A stretch of DNA of 46,804 nucleotides from Planctomycetota bacterium (GTDB lineage Bacteria > Planctomycetota > B15-G4 > JADJEK01): assembly GCA_044225365.1 (NCBI GenBank), contig JBGAIQ010000045.1, positions 1-46,804 on the forward strand, read 5' to 3'. Below, piece by piece: positions 27,013-36,778 of this stretch (the stretch's first letter is position 1; each line of letters starts with the position of its first letter). A program made the translations under genes and the position numbers. Under the pieces are notes generated by a model, which did not search any database, was not told the origin of the DNA, and saw only the letters and a program-made list of their open reading frames with translations.

Positions 27013-28311
27013 GTGCCTTCAGTCCATCGCATCGATCGGGACTACGACGGCGAAACATCGCGTCGCAAGCTCGCGAATCTCGCCTTTCTCGAGTCCGACA
27101 TCACCCTGCGAAGCACGACGTTTCGCGGCATGCCGGACGTCGTGCATCTGCTCACGACCGAGGTGTGCAATCTGAAATGCATCATGTGCCCGCGCAGCGA
27201 ACGACTCGGGACCCGAAGACTCGGACGCGGCGTTCTCGCGCGGACCCTCGATGAGCTATTCCCGACCGCGCGAAAGGCCATCGTGTCACCCTTCCACGGG
27301 GAACCGCTCGTTTCGGACTTCGACCTCGTCCTCGAGAAGGCGCGCGAATACGGAGTGAAGCTCGACATCGTCACGAACGGAGTGCTGCTCACCTCCGATC
27401 GATACCGGGACGCCGCGGCGACGCTCGACTGCGTCAACGTGTCGGTCGATTCGCACGTGCCCGAGATCTACGAGCGCATCCGCGATGGCGCCCGCTTCGA
27501 GCGCCTCGAATCGAACCTGCGTGCGATCCGCGAGGCTCGCCGGCGCGCGGCGGACGGCGTGACCCTCACCCTCTCCGCCGTGGTGATGCGCTCGACGCTG
27601 CCCCATCTCGATGGATTCATCGACTTCGCGGCGGAGCACGGCGCGGACGGAGTGGTGCTCCAGCCCCTGCGCCAGTTCCAGAAGCGCCTTCCGGAGGAGG
27701 ATCCGCTCGGCGAGGCCGTGCCGGCCCTGCCGCCCGCACGCGAAGCCGCGTGTCCGCGAGCGGGCGCGCGCGACTCGGCCGCAGCGCGCGCGTTGCGCGC
27801 TCGCTTGCTCGGCCTCGGCGAACGCGCGCGGGCTCGCGGGATCAATCTCTACTTCGGCGATTTCTCATTGCCCGCGATCGAGTCCAGACCGGTGAGGCGC
27901 AAGGTGGAGAACACCGTCGATTCGCTCGAGGCCTGTTGGTTCGTGATGCGGAACTTCGCGCTGTTCTTCACGGGGGACGTCTACCCCTGCTGCTACCCCA
28001 CCGATCACGTCCTCGGCAACGTGATGCGCGATGCACCCGCTTCGATCTGGAACGGTCGCCGCGCGATGGCTCTGCGTCGCGCGCACTTCGAGCGAACGGG
28101 AACCGCCTTCTGCAACGGCTGCCTCCACGCCCCGTACCTGCCGGCTCGAAAGGCGGGGATCGCGGGATCCCTGCTCCGCCAGTCCCGACTCGCCGCGGCC
28201 CACGTCGTTGGGATCGTGAGCCGAAGGATCGGTTCGGCGCGGCCAGAACCGGAACGGCCGGACTCGCCCACCTACGCGATGCCGCAGCGTCCCGTCACCG
28301 AATCACATTGA
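27013..28311 (+). CDS. Radical SAM protein with a SPASM/twitch-like domain
   Basis: CNLKCIMC (CxxxCxxC), HGEP, VTNG, VSVDS; C-terminal C…GDVYPCC…LGN…IWNG…C-x-x-C. Confidence 0.9.
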   Translation: MPSVHRIDRDYDGETSRRKLANLAFLESDITLRSTTFRGMPDVVHLLTTEVCNLKCIMCPRSERLGTRRLGRGVLARTLDELFPTARKAIVSPFHGEPLVSDFDLVLEKAREYGVKLDIVTNGVLLTSDRYRDAAATLDCVNVSVDSHVPEIYERIRDGARFERLESNLRAIREARRRAADGVTLTLSAVVMRSTLPHLDGFIDFAAEHGADGVVLQPLRQFQKRLPEEDPLGEAVPALPPAREAACPRAGARDSAAARALRARLLGLGERARARGINLYFGDFSLPAIESRPVRRKVENTVDSLEACWFVMRNFALFFTGDVYPCCYPTDHVLGNVMRDAPASIWNGRRAMALRRAHFERTGTAFCNGCLHAPYLPARKAGIAGSLLRQSRLAAAHVVGIVSRRIGSARPEPERPDSPTYAMPQRPVTESH

Positions 28312-30817
28312 TCTCGCCGGCCTTCAACTGGATGGGTCGCCGCGTTTCCTTGCCCATCCCGTCGTAGAACACGATCCACTCCGCGGCATCGGAGACCGTG
28401 ATGACCTCGCTGCCGCCCTCGAAGATCTTCCCGCGCTCGAACGACGTAACGGACTGGCGCTCGTGCCGGTACATCTTGAGGGGGTGCTGCATCGCGTCGA
28501 GCATCGTGAATTCCGTCATCGTCTTGTCGACGAGATCGAGACGCACCTCACGGCTGAGGCTCACGGTGAGTACGAGCGGCGCGACGGAATCGCGCGGTGG
28601 GAGCGGGAACACGTTCGAATCGAGCATGTCCGTGCGGTCGACGCGCAGCTTCACATCCCGTGACGGCACGTCGACGAGCTCGAAGCGACCCTCATCATCG
28701 GTCACGGCGGACGAACCCAGGGCGGAGTCGCAGAAGCGCATGCCGTTCGCGTCCTTCGCTGCCAGGATCATGACCTCGACGTAGACCGTCGCACCGACGA
28801 CCGGCGCGCCGTGGCGATCGACGATCCGGCCCGGCAGCTTCTCGCGAAGCTCCCCTTTCGGGAAGCGGATGACGACATCCTTGCGGCCCGCGTGCACCAC
28901 TCCGCCCTCGACGATCCACGCGCGATGTGGATCGATCGCGAGCAGCTCGTAGTCGCGATCGAGGAGTCCCTCGAGACGGAATCGACCGTGATCGTCCGCG
29001 GTGGCCTCGATCCGCAGCATCCCGCCACCCCTCACGACGTTCTCCGCGATCCAGAATCCTTGTTCGGACGATGCGAGGGGCGTGGCTTCCGCGAGCCACA
29101 CGCGCGCCTTCTCGAGCGGCTTGCCTTCTTGATCGAGCACGATGCCCGACATCGACAACGGTTCCTCGGCGATGCGCAGTTCGACGAATTCCGGCCATGG
29201 CGCAGCCGCGGGGCCAGGATGATCCATCCGTACCGGCAAGAACCCCTTGGTCGCGGCCATGAGCTGCTCGGGCGGCGATTTCAGGTCGTATTCGAAGTGG
29301 AAATGGCCTTCGGCATCGGAGGACGTGGGCACACCGTCGAGGCCGAGCCGCACGTCGGGGAGGGGCTCGCCGAGCTTTCCGCGCACGATGCCGTCGAGCT
29401 TGCCGCGTTCGAGGAGCGTGTGCTTCAGCACGAACCTAAGGTCCCGCGCCGGGAATTCGTCGATCGTTCGCGACGCACTCGAGAATCCGGCCGCGAGAGC
29501 CTCGATCGTGATTCCTTTCGTCGCCGGCACGTGGTCGATCGTGAACGTGCCGTCCGTCGCGGCCTCCTCGAGGAAGCCCTTCACGCGGGTGCGCGCGGCA
29601 TCGGTTCCGAGTGCGACGTAGATGCGATCGTCGAAGGTCAGACGCAGTCCAGCACCGCCGATCGGACGCGAGTCCTCGTCGACGACGACGCCCGAAATCT
29701 TCGCCGCGGGCGCGCCGAGCACGATCAGCGGGGTCGAGCTCGCGGTCTCGCCGACGTAGAACTCGGGATCGCCGATCAACGCGTAGCCCGCGTCCTTGCA
29801 CGCGACGTTGAACTCGCCTTCGCCGACCCGAAACACGAAGCGACCAGCAGGATCGGACGTTGCCGTCGCGGATCCGATCGCGTTGTCCATCGGACCCGAG
29901 GAACTCGTCGCCGTGAGCACGACGCCGGGAATCGGTGCGCCACTCGGATCGAGGAAGCGCCCCGCCTGCTCGTAGACGACGGACGTCGGGGTACTCGGCG
30001 GATCGGCGGGTGTCGCCGGGGCCTCCATCGCCGTCCGCTCCACCTCCGGAGCCACGAGGGCGGGCTTCTCGTCGCTCACGACGGCGGGCGCGCGAGCATT
30101 CTCCTGCCCCTTCGAGGTTCCTCCGATCGGCTCCGTATGCCCCGAGTTCGTCTTCCAGAGGACGGCTGCGACCAGAGCGAGCACGGCGACGCTGGCGATC
30201 GAGAACGCTTTCACGGTGAGGACTCCAAAGACGGCGGCGATCGGCGGGATGCTGGTAGAGCAAAGCGGCACGAGCGAAGCGAGCCATGCTGCGCGATCGC
30301 CTCGTTCCGTGGCATCGAGTTCTCGTCTCAGGTGCGCGAGAGCGCGGGCGAGACGCGAGTCGATCGTCTTCACGGGGACTTCGAGCCGCGCCGCGATCTT
30401 TCGCGGCGGCAAGTCTTCGAAGAACCGCAGGAGGATGACTTCGCGATGCGCGGGGTCGAGGCGCTTCACGGCATTCATCAGGACGAGCTGCGCCTCGAAC
30501 TTCGCTGCCGTCTGCGCGAGAGGATCGGTCGCTTCCATGTTCGATCGAGCTGCGGTCGCGATCTCGCGCGCTCTGCGTCGAAGCTCCTTGCGATGCTCCT
30601 GACGCGCCTCGTTCCGCAGCACGCTCCTCAGCCACGCGCGGATCGAGGCCGCCGCGCCACTCCTGGGCGGATGCTCGATCGCGCGAACGAACGTCGATTG
30701 CGCGAGATCGTCGGCGAGATGCGCGTCCTTCACGAGGATGCGCGCGAGGGATCGCACGGCGTCGCGGTGCTCGAGCAGCGCTTCGGGGCGCAGGGGATCT
30801 TCGTCCATGTTCAGCAT
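28295..30817 (-). CDS. ECF sigma factor fused to a transmembrane helix and carboxypeptidase-regulatory-like repeats
   Basis: AAGGAGG RBS (start 30817 or 30808); sigma2 ADDLAQSTF…AWL, sigma4 [12 protein letters not shown]…[19 protein letters not shown]; one transmembrane helix; G-x-V-x-D repeats. Confidence 0.88.
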   Translation of the reverse strand: MLNMDEDPLRPEALLEHRDAVRSLARILVKDAHLADDLAQSTFVRAIEHPPRSGAAASIRAWLRSVLRNEARQEHRKELRRRAREIATAARSNMEATDPLAQTAAKFEAQLVLMNAVKRLDPAHREVILLRFFEDLPPRKIAARLEVPVKTIDSRLARALAHLRRELDATERGDRAAWLASLVPLCSTSIPPIAAVFGVLTVKAFSIASVAVLALVAAVLWKTNSGHTEPIGGTSKGQENARAPAVVSDEKPALVAPEVERTAMEAPATPADPPSTPTSVVYEQAGRFLDPSGAPIPGVVLTATSSSGPMDNAIGSATATSDPAGRFVFRVGEGEFNVACKDAGYALIGDPEFYVGETASSTPLIVLGAPAAKISGVVVDEDSRPIGGAGLRLTFDDRIYVALGTDAARTRVKGFLEEAATDGTFTIDHVPATKGITIEALAAGFSSASRTIDEFPARDLRFVLKHTLLERGKLDGIVRGKLGEPLPDVRLGLDGVPTSSDAEGHFHFEYDLKSPPEQLMAATKGFLPVRMDHPGPAAAPWPEFVELRIAEEPLSMSGIVLDQEGKPLEKARVWLAEATPLASSEQGFWIAENVVRGGGMLRIEATADDHGRFRLEGLLDRDYELLAIDPHRAWIVEGGVVHAGRKDVVIRFPKGELREKLPGRIVDRHGAPVVGATVYVEVMILAAKDANGMRFCDSALGSSAVTDDEGRFELVDVPSRDVKLRVDRTDMLDSNVFPLPPRDSVAPLVLTVSLSREVRLDLVDKTMTEFTMLDAMQHPLKMYRHERQSVTSFERGKIFEGGSEVITVSDAAEWIVFYDGMGKETRRPIQLKAGEINVIR

Positions 30818-30968
30818 CGTCCTCCTTGCATGCCGCCGTTCCGAGATTCCCCTCACGAAAATCCTGTCGGAGAGCCGCCTCGACGGGGAAGCGGCGTTCG
30901 TGTCAACTATCGAGTGGCGCCTGCCCATCCGCGCCTCCGACCTCGTTCGTATCGACACCAAGAGCGCA

Positions 30969-33440
30969 ATGAACCACGTCGCACGGCCTTCCCCGCCGCG
31001 CCCGCCTTCTTCCGTCTCGCACCTCGTCCCCGCGATCCTCGTGACGGTCGTCTCGGCGATCACGCCGACTGCGTTCTCTCAAGGGTGCGCCCCAGATTCC
31101 CTGCCGTTGTCGAAGGCGCCAATCGTGGCGCTCGACCCTTCCACGGTCGCGCTCGGCTCGTTCGACGCTTCGACCGTGTTGCAAACGGCTCTCGGCGGCG
31201 GGTCCATCAAAGTCACGGTCGCGCTCGGCGTCGCGGGCGGCGGCATCTTCGGGACCAAGGCGCTCTCGATTCCGACCGGCAACGCCGTCGCGATCTACCC
31301 GAGCACCGGATTCCCGCTCCCGCACGGCACGATCGAGATGTGGGTGAAGCCCGTGAAGTCGCCGCATCGCGTCGATCTCTTCAGCTTGCGCGGCGCGGCG
31401 TCGCTCGACGGCGACGGCAAGTCCGACCTCGTGTTCGGCGAGACGACGCCGAGTCCGACTCCCGCGAACTCGACGCTGCTATTCGAGGATTCCTCGCCGC
31501 TCGGATTCTCGCTCTCGACGGTCACGACGATGGCGCCGCGCGGCATCGCTGCAGGCGATCTGAACGGCGACGGGATTCCGGACCTCGTCATCGCGAACAA
31601 CGCAGCGAACACGCTACAGAGTCCGCTCACGCCTGCCGTGCCCGGTGAAGTCCACCTGTTCTTCGGTCCATTGAATTCGGGCGCGCCGCTCACGACCCCG
31701 AACGAGGTGCTCGAGGTCGATCGCGCGCAGGGGCTCGTGCTCGCCGATTTCGACCTCGACGGATTCCTCGACATCATCGCGGGTTCCTATTCGCCCGAGA
31801 CCGACCCGTTGTGGGGCTTCTCCAACGACGGGGCCGGCAACTTCCAACGCATGAAGCTCCAGCTCGGACTCGCGCCCGTCGAAGGCGTCGCCGCGGCGGA
31901 CGTCGATCTCGACGGCATCCTCGACGTCCTGTACGCGAGCCTCGACACCGTGAAGAAGAGCCGGGTGTGCATCGGGCGCCTCTCCGCGCTCGGCAAGTAC
32001 GAGCTCGGCGGACTGGGCAGCAAGTTCTACGACCTGAATTCCCCCGCGCTCGGAGCGTCGCTCGGCGACGTCGATGGCGACGGCTGGCCGGACGCGGTGC
32101 TCGCCCGCACTCTCGACGGCGAAGGCTCGATCGCGATCCATCGCAATCACGGCGACAGCGCACCGGGGGTGTTCGATGCAGCCGCGAACATCGTGCTGCC
32201 CACGACGCGACCCTTCACGCTGAACGCGACGCGCGACGTGAACCAAGATGGCGCGCTCGACATCGTGGTTGCGAACTGGCGCGATGGAATCGTGACGACG
32301 CCGACGTCGGAGGTCCTCTTCGGCCCGTTCTCGTCCGGCAATGTGACGAAGCAGTCGTTCGCCGTGGACGACGCCGTGAGCTTCGCCCTTGGCGACATCG
32401 ACGGGAATGGAACGAGTGATCTCGTCTTCCATTCGGCGAGCGCGACGAAGTCTCCGATCTTCCTGCTCGATTGGAACGGTGCCCCGCTCGGCGGAACCTT
32501 GGGTCAGGGTATCGCATCGCCGAGCGGCACGTTGCCGAGCCAGCCGACGATCGGCAATCCGAGCGGCGAAGGCGCCGGAATGATGGTCGCGTTCGGCGGG
32601 ACGTCAGCGTACGGCAGCGTGCACGTCTTCCCGAACTCGTTCGAGCTGTTCAAGGAGAACGGAGCGCTCGTCTTCGAGATCGTCGATTCGACGGGCAGCC
32701 GGCATCGCGCCAGCGTGACCTTCCCGCCGACGAACGACGCGTACGCCGTGAACGGCTTCCATCACGTCCAGGCCGAGTGGGACGCCGCGGCCGGCGTCGT
32801 CGAACTTCGCGTGGGGCATCCCACGCTCGGAACGAAGGACACGAAGACCGGACCCGCATTCGCGATCACGGGCGTGCAATCGGCGATGCGCCTCGGCTCG
32901 GATCCCGACAATCAATCGCGCGCGGCCGGTTGGCGGATCGACGACTTCCGCATCTCGTCCCTGCGGCGCAGCGAACTCGACTTCGATCAGGACGGAATCG
33001 ACGACGACTTCGACACCTGTCGCTTCATCCCGAATCCCGGGCAGCAGGATTCCGACGGCGATGGGATCGGCGACGCGTGCGAATACTGTCAACAGAGCCT
33101 TGGCTACCAGGGCCCCGGCGTGCTCACCCTCTCGGTCTGCGGGTCCCCGCTCGCGCTCGGCGCGACGGCCGCGATGCGCTTGAAGTGCGGGGAGCCGTTC
33201 GGCGCGTTCGTTCTCGTGCTCGGCGGCACGGCGCAGCTCACGCCGCTGTTCGGCGGCACCCTGATTCCGGGCGCGCCCGCGAACCTGAAACAGGCGTCGT
33301 TCGACGCGAGTGGCGGCTTCGCGTACGCCTTCAGCGCGACGCTCTCTGGCATCGACGTGTACGCCCAGGCGATCGGCGAGGACTCGAGTCAAGCGCTTGG
33401 CGTCGCACTCTCGAACGCGGTGAAGCTCCACTTCCCGTGA
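30969..33440 (+). CDS. Secreted FG-GAP/VCBS repeat protein with a LamG-like domain, thrombospondin type-3-like repeats and the shared C-terminal domain
   Basis: About seven D-x-[ND]-x-DG-x-x-D repeats; LamG motifs [13 protein letters not shown] and IDDFRIS; DQDGIDD…C…[16 protein letters not shown]. Confidence 0.85.
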   Translation: MNHVARPSPPRPPSSVSHLVPAILVTVVSAITPTAFSQGCAPDSLPLSKAPIVALDPSTVALGSFDASTVLQTALGGGSIKVTVALGVAGGGIFGTKALSIPTGNAVAIYPSTGFPLPHGTIEMWVKPVKSPHRVDLFSLRGAASLDGDGKSDLVFGETTPSPTPANSTLLFEDSSPLGFSLSTVTTMAPRGIAAGDLNGDGIPDLVIANNAANTLQSPLTPAVPGEVHLFFGPLNSGAPLTTPNEVLEVDRAQGLVLADFDLDGFLDIIAGSYSPETDPLWGFSNDGAGNFQRMKLQLGLAPVEGVAAADVDLDGILDVLYASLDTVKKSRVCIGRLSALGKYELGGLGSKFYDLNSPALGASLGDVDGDGWPDAVLARTLDGEGSIAIHRNHGDSAPGVFDAAANIVLPTTRPFTLNATRDVNQDGALDIVVANWRDGIVTTPTSEVLFGPFSSGNVTKQSFAVDDAVSFALGDIDGNGTSDLVFHSASATKSPIFLLDWNGAPLGGTLGQGIASPSGTLPSQPTIGNPSGEGAGMMVAFGGTSAYGSVHVFPNSFELFKENGALVFEIVDSTGSRHRASVTFPPTNDAYAVNGFHHVQAEWDAAAGVVELRVGHPTLGTKDTKTGPAFAITGVQSAMRLGSDPDNQSRAAGWRIDDFRISSLRRSELDFDQDGIDDDFDTCRFIPNPGQQDSDGDGIGDACEYCQQSLGYQGPGVLTLSVCGSPLALGATAAMRLKCGEPFGAFVLVLGGTAQLTPLFGGTLIPGAPANLKQASFDASGGFAYAFSATLSGIDVYAQAIGEDSSQALGVALSNAVKLHFP

Positions 33441-33458
33441 CGGCCGAGCTCCTCACAA

Positions 33459-33515
33459 GGACCGCCGGGCTCCCTCCCGGCTCCGAATGGATGCCGGGCT
33501 AGAGCCCGGCGGTCC
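33459..33515. terminator. Strong hairpin between convergent genes (bidirectional terminator or REP-like element)
   Basis: Perfect 14-bp inverted repeat GGACCGCCGGGCTC/GAGCCCGGCGGTCC with an inner CCCGGC/GCCGGG stem. Confidence 0.6.
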
Positions 33516-33521
33516 GAGGAT

Positions 33522-34145
33522 TCACGGATCGCCCTTACGAGCGAAGGACCGCAGCAGGGCGCGCACCAAAAACCCCAGGACGACGCCCAGGATCAAAGGG
33601 AATCCTCGCTGGACCATGAGGCCGCCGAGGAGCGTCGAATCGACGAGCCGGACGCGCAACGGGCGAACGGCGAGGGCGGGAAGGGCTGCGTACGCGAGAA
33701 TCGAATACGGATAGAGAAAGTGACGGAAGAGCGCGACGAGGGCGGGACCATCGCGACTCTCGATGCGGATCCAATCTGGCGTCGCTCTTGGAGAATCCTT
33801 CACCCAGAACCGTTCCGACGGTTCCGCGAACCACATCGGGTCGATCTCGGCGATCACCGATCCGTCGTATTCGAAGACGGCGCGTTCGACGTGCAAGTCG
33901 GGCATGGCGTCGTACTCGAGATCCATCTCGAGCTGGACGATTCGATCGGGCATCGCACTCAGACCCCAGATCTCGTATTCGAACCGATACTCGGTGTACG
34001 CCGTGCGATTGCCGCGCAGTTCGTCGACGCGCACCCACGCGCGCCAGAGTAGGACCCACCCGATCGCGAACACCGCGACGAACGCGAGCGTCGCTATCCA
34101 TCCGCGAAGAGTGGGACACCAGTTTGGGAGGTTGACTCGATCCAT
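33522..34145 (-). CDS. Hypothetical membrane protein (207 aa)
   Basis: One N-terminal and two C-terminal hydrophobic segments; fills the gap; no recognisable motif. Confidence 0.55.
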   Translation of the reverse strand: MDRVNLPNWCPTLRGWIATLAFVAVFAIGWVLLWRAWVRVDELRGNRTAYTEYRFEYEIWGLSAMPDRIVQLEMDLEYDAMPDLHVERAVFEYDGSVIAEIDPMWFAEPSERFWVKDSPRATPDWIRIESRDGPALVALFRHFLYPYSILAYAALPALAVRPLRVRLVDSTLLGGLMVQRGFPLILGVVLGFLVRALLRSFARKGDP

Positions 34146-34264
34146 GACTCGTCAACGAATGAAATCACGCGCACCCCGTTTCCACCGTCACGGCGACGTC
34201 ACGCGCAACCACTCCGCACCGATTCCACCCTTCACTCTTCTCTTTTACCCCCCAAACGCGCGGG

Positions 34265-34350
34265 CCGTGATCGGTCCGGGGTCGCGGGGGCCAGGCGACT
34301 TGGGGTTGGGGCCCCACGGAGCCTGGCCCCGCGACCCGGACCGTCCGCGG
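34265..34350. repeat. Long imperfect inverted repeat (~85-nt hairpin)
   Basis: 34272-34296 pairs with 34321-34343 (23 bp, two unpaired G); inner TGGGG/CCCCA stem. Confidence 0.7.
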
Positions 34351-34500
34351 CGTCATCCAACCTGCCCGCCGCAGGCGATCCCGCCGTGCGGCACGCACCC
34401 CACGCGGGCGACCGCCCCACCGGCTCTCCGCGGAAGGAGATTGGAAATGGCGGCCCGCGCGGCCCGAGCGCACGGCCCTCGCGGCCGGAGCGAACGCCAA

Positions 34501-36153
34501 TCAGCCCGAATTGTAGATGCGCAGCTTCCCGGCACTCGCCTCGCGCGTGAACTTGTAGAAGTGCCAGTGCGTGACGCAACGGTTCATGAACTGCGTGAAG
34601 CCGATCACGCCGGGGCGCAGCTTGAGATTGCGCGTGAAGAACTGCTTCGCGTAGACGCCGCCGACCGAGAACAGCGAGCCGTCGCGCAGCAACGCGAAGA
34701 ACAGCTTCCACCACAGGAGGATTCCGTACACCGCGGTCGGGATCAGCTTGCCCTCGCTCGCCTTCTTCGAGATCGCCTTGCGGCGCTCGTCGTACTGCGG
34801 AAGCCGGTAGACCTGGAAGTAGCGATCGAGAAACGCCTCGGGCGAGTACAGCCGCGACACCAGCTTCCAGTAACCGTCGCGCAGTTCCTCGCGCGTCATC
34901 TGCTTCGGCACGATGTTGGTGTTCGGATCGTTGTCGACGAGGCGACCTTCCTTCTGGAGGCGGAGGAACAGCGGCGTCTTCGGAATCGCGGTGAGCATGC
35001 CGACCATCGCGAGCAGGACGCCGTTGCGCTGGATGAAGTCGTACTGCTCTTCGAAGATCGCGGCGTCGTCGTTGTCGAAGCCGACGATGAACCCGGCGTG
35101 GATGTCGAGTCCCGCGCTCTGCACCCGCGCGAGCTTGTCGTCGAGCGAGTCGCCACGCGTGTTCTGCAGCTTCTTGGTCTCGAGCAGCGACTCGCGGCGC
35201 GGGGTCTCGATGCCGATGAACACGTTTCGGAAGTTCGCGCGATAGAGGAGGTCGAGCAGTTCGTCGTCATCCGCGAGGTTGATGCTCGCTTCGGTCGAGA
35301 GCCGCAGCGGATAGCCGTTCTTCTCCTGCCACGGAATGATGAGATTCAGCAGCTCCTTCGCGGCGACCTTGTTCCCGATGAAGTTGTCGTCGACGATGAA
35401 GACCGAGAAGAACCCGGCCTTCTTCATGTCTTCGAGTTCCTCGATCACCTGCTGCGGACGCTTCATGCGCGGCTTCCGGCCGAAGGTCACGATGATGTCG
35501 CAGAACTCACAGGCGAACGGGCAACCGCGCGAGAACTGCAGCGCGCCGGACGCGTAGCGCGGGACCTTCAGGAGGTCGTACCGCGGCCGCGGTACCTTCG
35601 TCATGTCGGTCGGCTCGTCCTGCTTGTACTCCTTCTTGTACTCGCGTCCGGCGGCGAAGTCGGAGAGGAAGCCCGGCCAGGTCGTCTCGGCTTCGCCGGA
35701 GAACAGCACGTCGCAGAGGCCGTCGAAGAACGGTTCGTCGACCGAGGCGTAGGGTCCGCCGACGACGGTGAAGATCTCCATCGCCTTCAGTTGCTTCAGG
35801 ATCTCGACCATCCGCTTCTTCTGGACGGTCATGCCCGTGACGCCGACGATGTCGTACTTGCGAAGCGCTTCGAAATCGATCGGCTCGACGTTCTCGTCGA
35901 CGATCGTGACGTGGTGGCCGGCCGAGAGACCCGCGAGCGTCGGCAGCGCGCCGTTGATCATCGTGCTGCGACGATCGCCGGGATAGAGCGGCAGAGCGTA
36001 GTCGAAGCCCCAATACGACGGCTCGAACTTGGGATTGATGAGACAGATCGACAAGGTGCGCGCGGGCTTCTCGTCCGTTGCATCGGGGACGGAAACGGGC
36101 GAAGTGACCGCTCGCTTCTCGGTCGGATTCGCGGGCTCTGTCAGCGTCGTCAT
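34501..36153 (-). CDS. Cobalamin-binding radical SAM protein (class B methylase-like, DUF4070-type C-terminus)
   Basis: B12-binding domain (IVDENVE, VGVTGM, VVGGPYAS); SRGCPFACEFC, VDDNFIGN, IGIET, GFIVGFDND. Confidence 0.9.
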   Translation of the reverse strand: MTTLTEPANPTEKRAVTSPVSVPDATDEKPARTLSICLINPKFEPSYWGFDYALPLYPGDRRSTMINGALPTLAGLSAGHHVTIVDENVEPIDFEALRKYDIVGVTGMTVQKKRMVEILKQLKAMEIFTVVGGPYASVDEPFFDGLCDVLFSGEAETTWPGFLSDFAAGREYKKEYKQDEPTDMTKVPRPRYDLLKVPRYASGALQFSRGCPFACEFCDIIVTFGRKPRMKRPQQVIEELEDMKKAGFFSVFIVDDNFIGNKVAAKELLNLIIPWQEKNGYPLRLSTEASINLADDDELLDLLYRANFRNVFIGIETPRRESLLETKKLQNTRGDSLDDKLARVQSAGLDIHAGFIVGFDNDDAAIFEEQYDFIQRNGVLLAMVGMLTAIPKTPLFLRLQKEGRLVDNDPNTNIVPKQMTREELRDGYWKLVSRLYSPEAFLDRYFQVYRLPQYDERRKAISKKASEGKLIPTAVYGILLWWKLFFALLRDGSLFSVGGVYAKQFFTRNLKLRPGVIGFTQFMNRCVTHWHFYKFTREASAGKLRIYNSG

Positions 36154-36189
36154 CGCAATCTCCGGTTCGCGGTCGCTGGACTCATTCGA

Positions 36190-36705
36190 TCATTCCTCGC
36201 CCGATTTGCGCGCTTCGAATCCCATCACCGCGAGCTTTCCCGCACGGCCGGACTTCACCGCGACGATCCCTTCGCGCGCGAGATGCTCGGCCTGGCGGAC
36301 CACGCCCGGCGGGAACTTCTCGGGCAATCGACCCTTCCTGTCCACGACGCGCCAGTACGGCGCGACCGGACGCTGGCCGAGCGCGATCGCCTCCTCGGCG
36401 GCGCCCGCGATGATGTTGAGGAAGATGCCCGTCACGAGCGGGCAGGTCTTCGCCGCCTTGTGCCGGCGCGCGAGCCCGTCGCGGATCTCGTCCGGCGTGA
36501 TGAGTTCGCCCTTCTTCGTCTTCTGGATCTGTTCGGCGACGAGCAGCGGCGTCGGGATCAGCATCGTCCTTCCGTCGCGCGGGTCGCGAGTCTTCGAGGG
36601 CTTTTGATCGGGGCGCAGCTTCTCCATGAAGGAACGCTTCGAGCGGGCCAAGCCGGCCGGCGCCCGATCCGCCTTCGTCGCTTTCTTCGTCATGCGCTTG
36701 CCCAT
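36190..36705 (-). CDS. MGMT/ATL-like DNA-binding protein
   Basis: PYWRVV…G-x-L…Q…L-x-x-EG resembles the alkyltransferase C-terminal domain (PCHRV/PWHRV); start uncertain (36705 or 36693). Confidence 0.7.
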   Translation of the reverse strand: MGKRMTKKATKADRAPAGLARSKRSFMEKLRPDQKPSKTRDPRDGRTMLIPTPLLVAEQIQKTKKGELITPDEIRDGLARRHKAAKTCPLVTGIFLNIIAGAAEEAIALGQRPVAPYWRVVDRKGRLPEKFPPGVVRQAEHLAREGIVAVKSGRAGKLAVMGFEARKSGEE

Positions 36706-36778
36706 ACCAGCGATCATAGCGGCATGCGAGGCTCGAACGGAATCGGGATCGGCGCCAACGGTGCGGGGTCCTCGCGAC

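Noticed and set aside
34146-34500. tRNA-Sec, SRP RNA or another known RNA in the gap
   Set aside because: No cloverleaf with a UCA anticodon and no SRP helix-8 motif could be found.
34501-36153. Specific call as the hopanoid methylase HpnP
   Set aside because: The architecture is compatible, but there are no hopanoid genes nearby and the subfamily cannot be resolved by eye.
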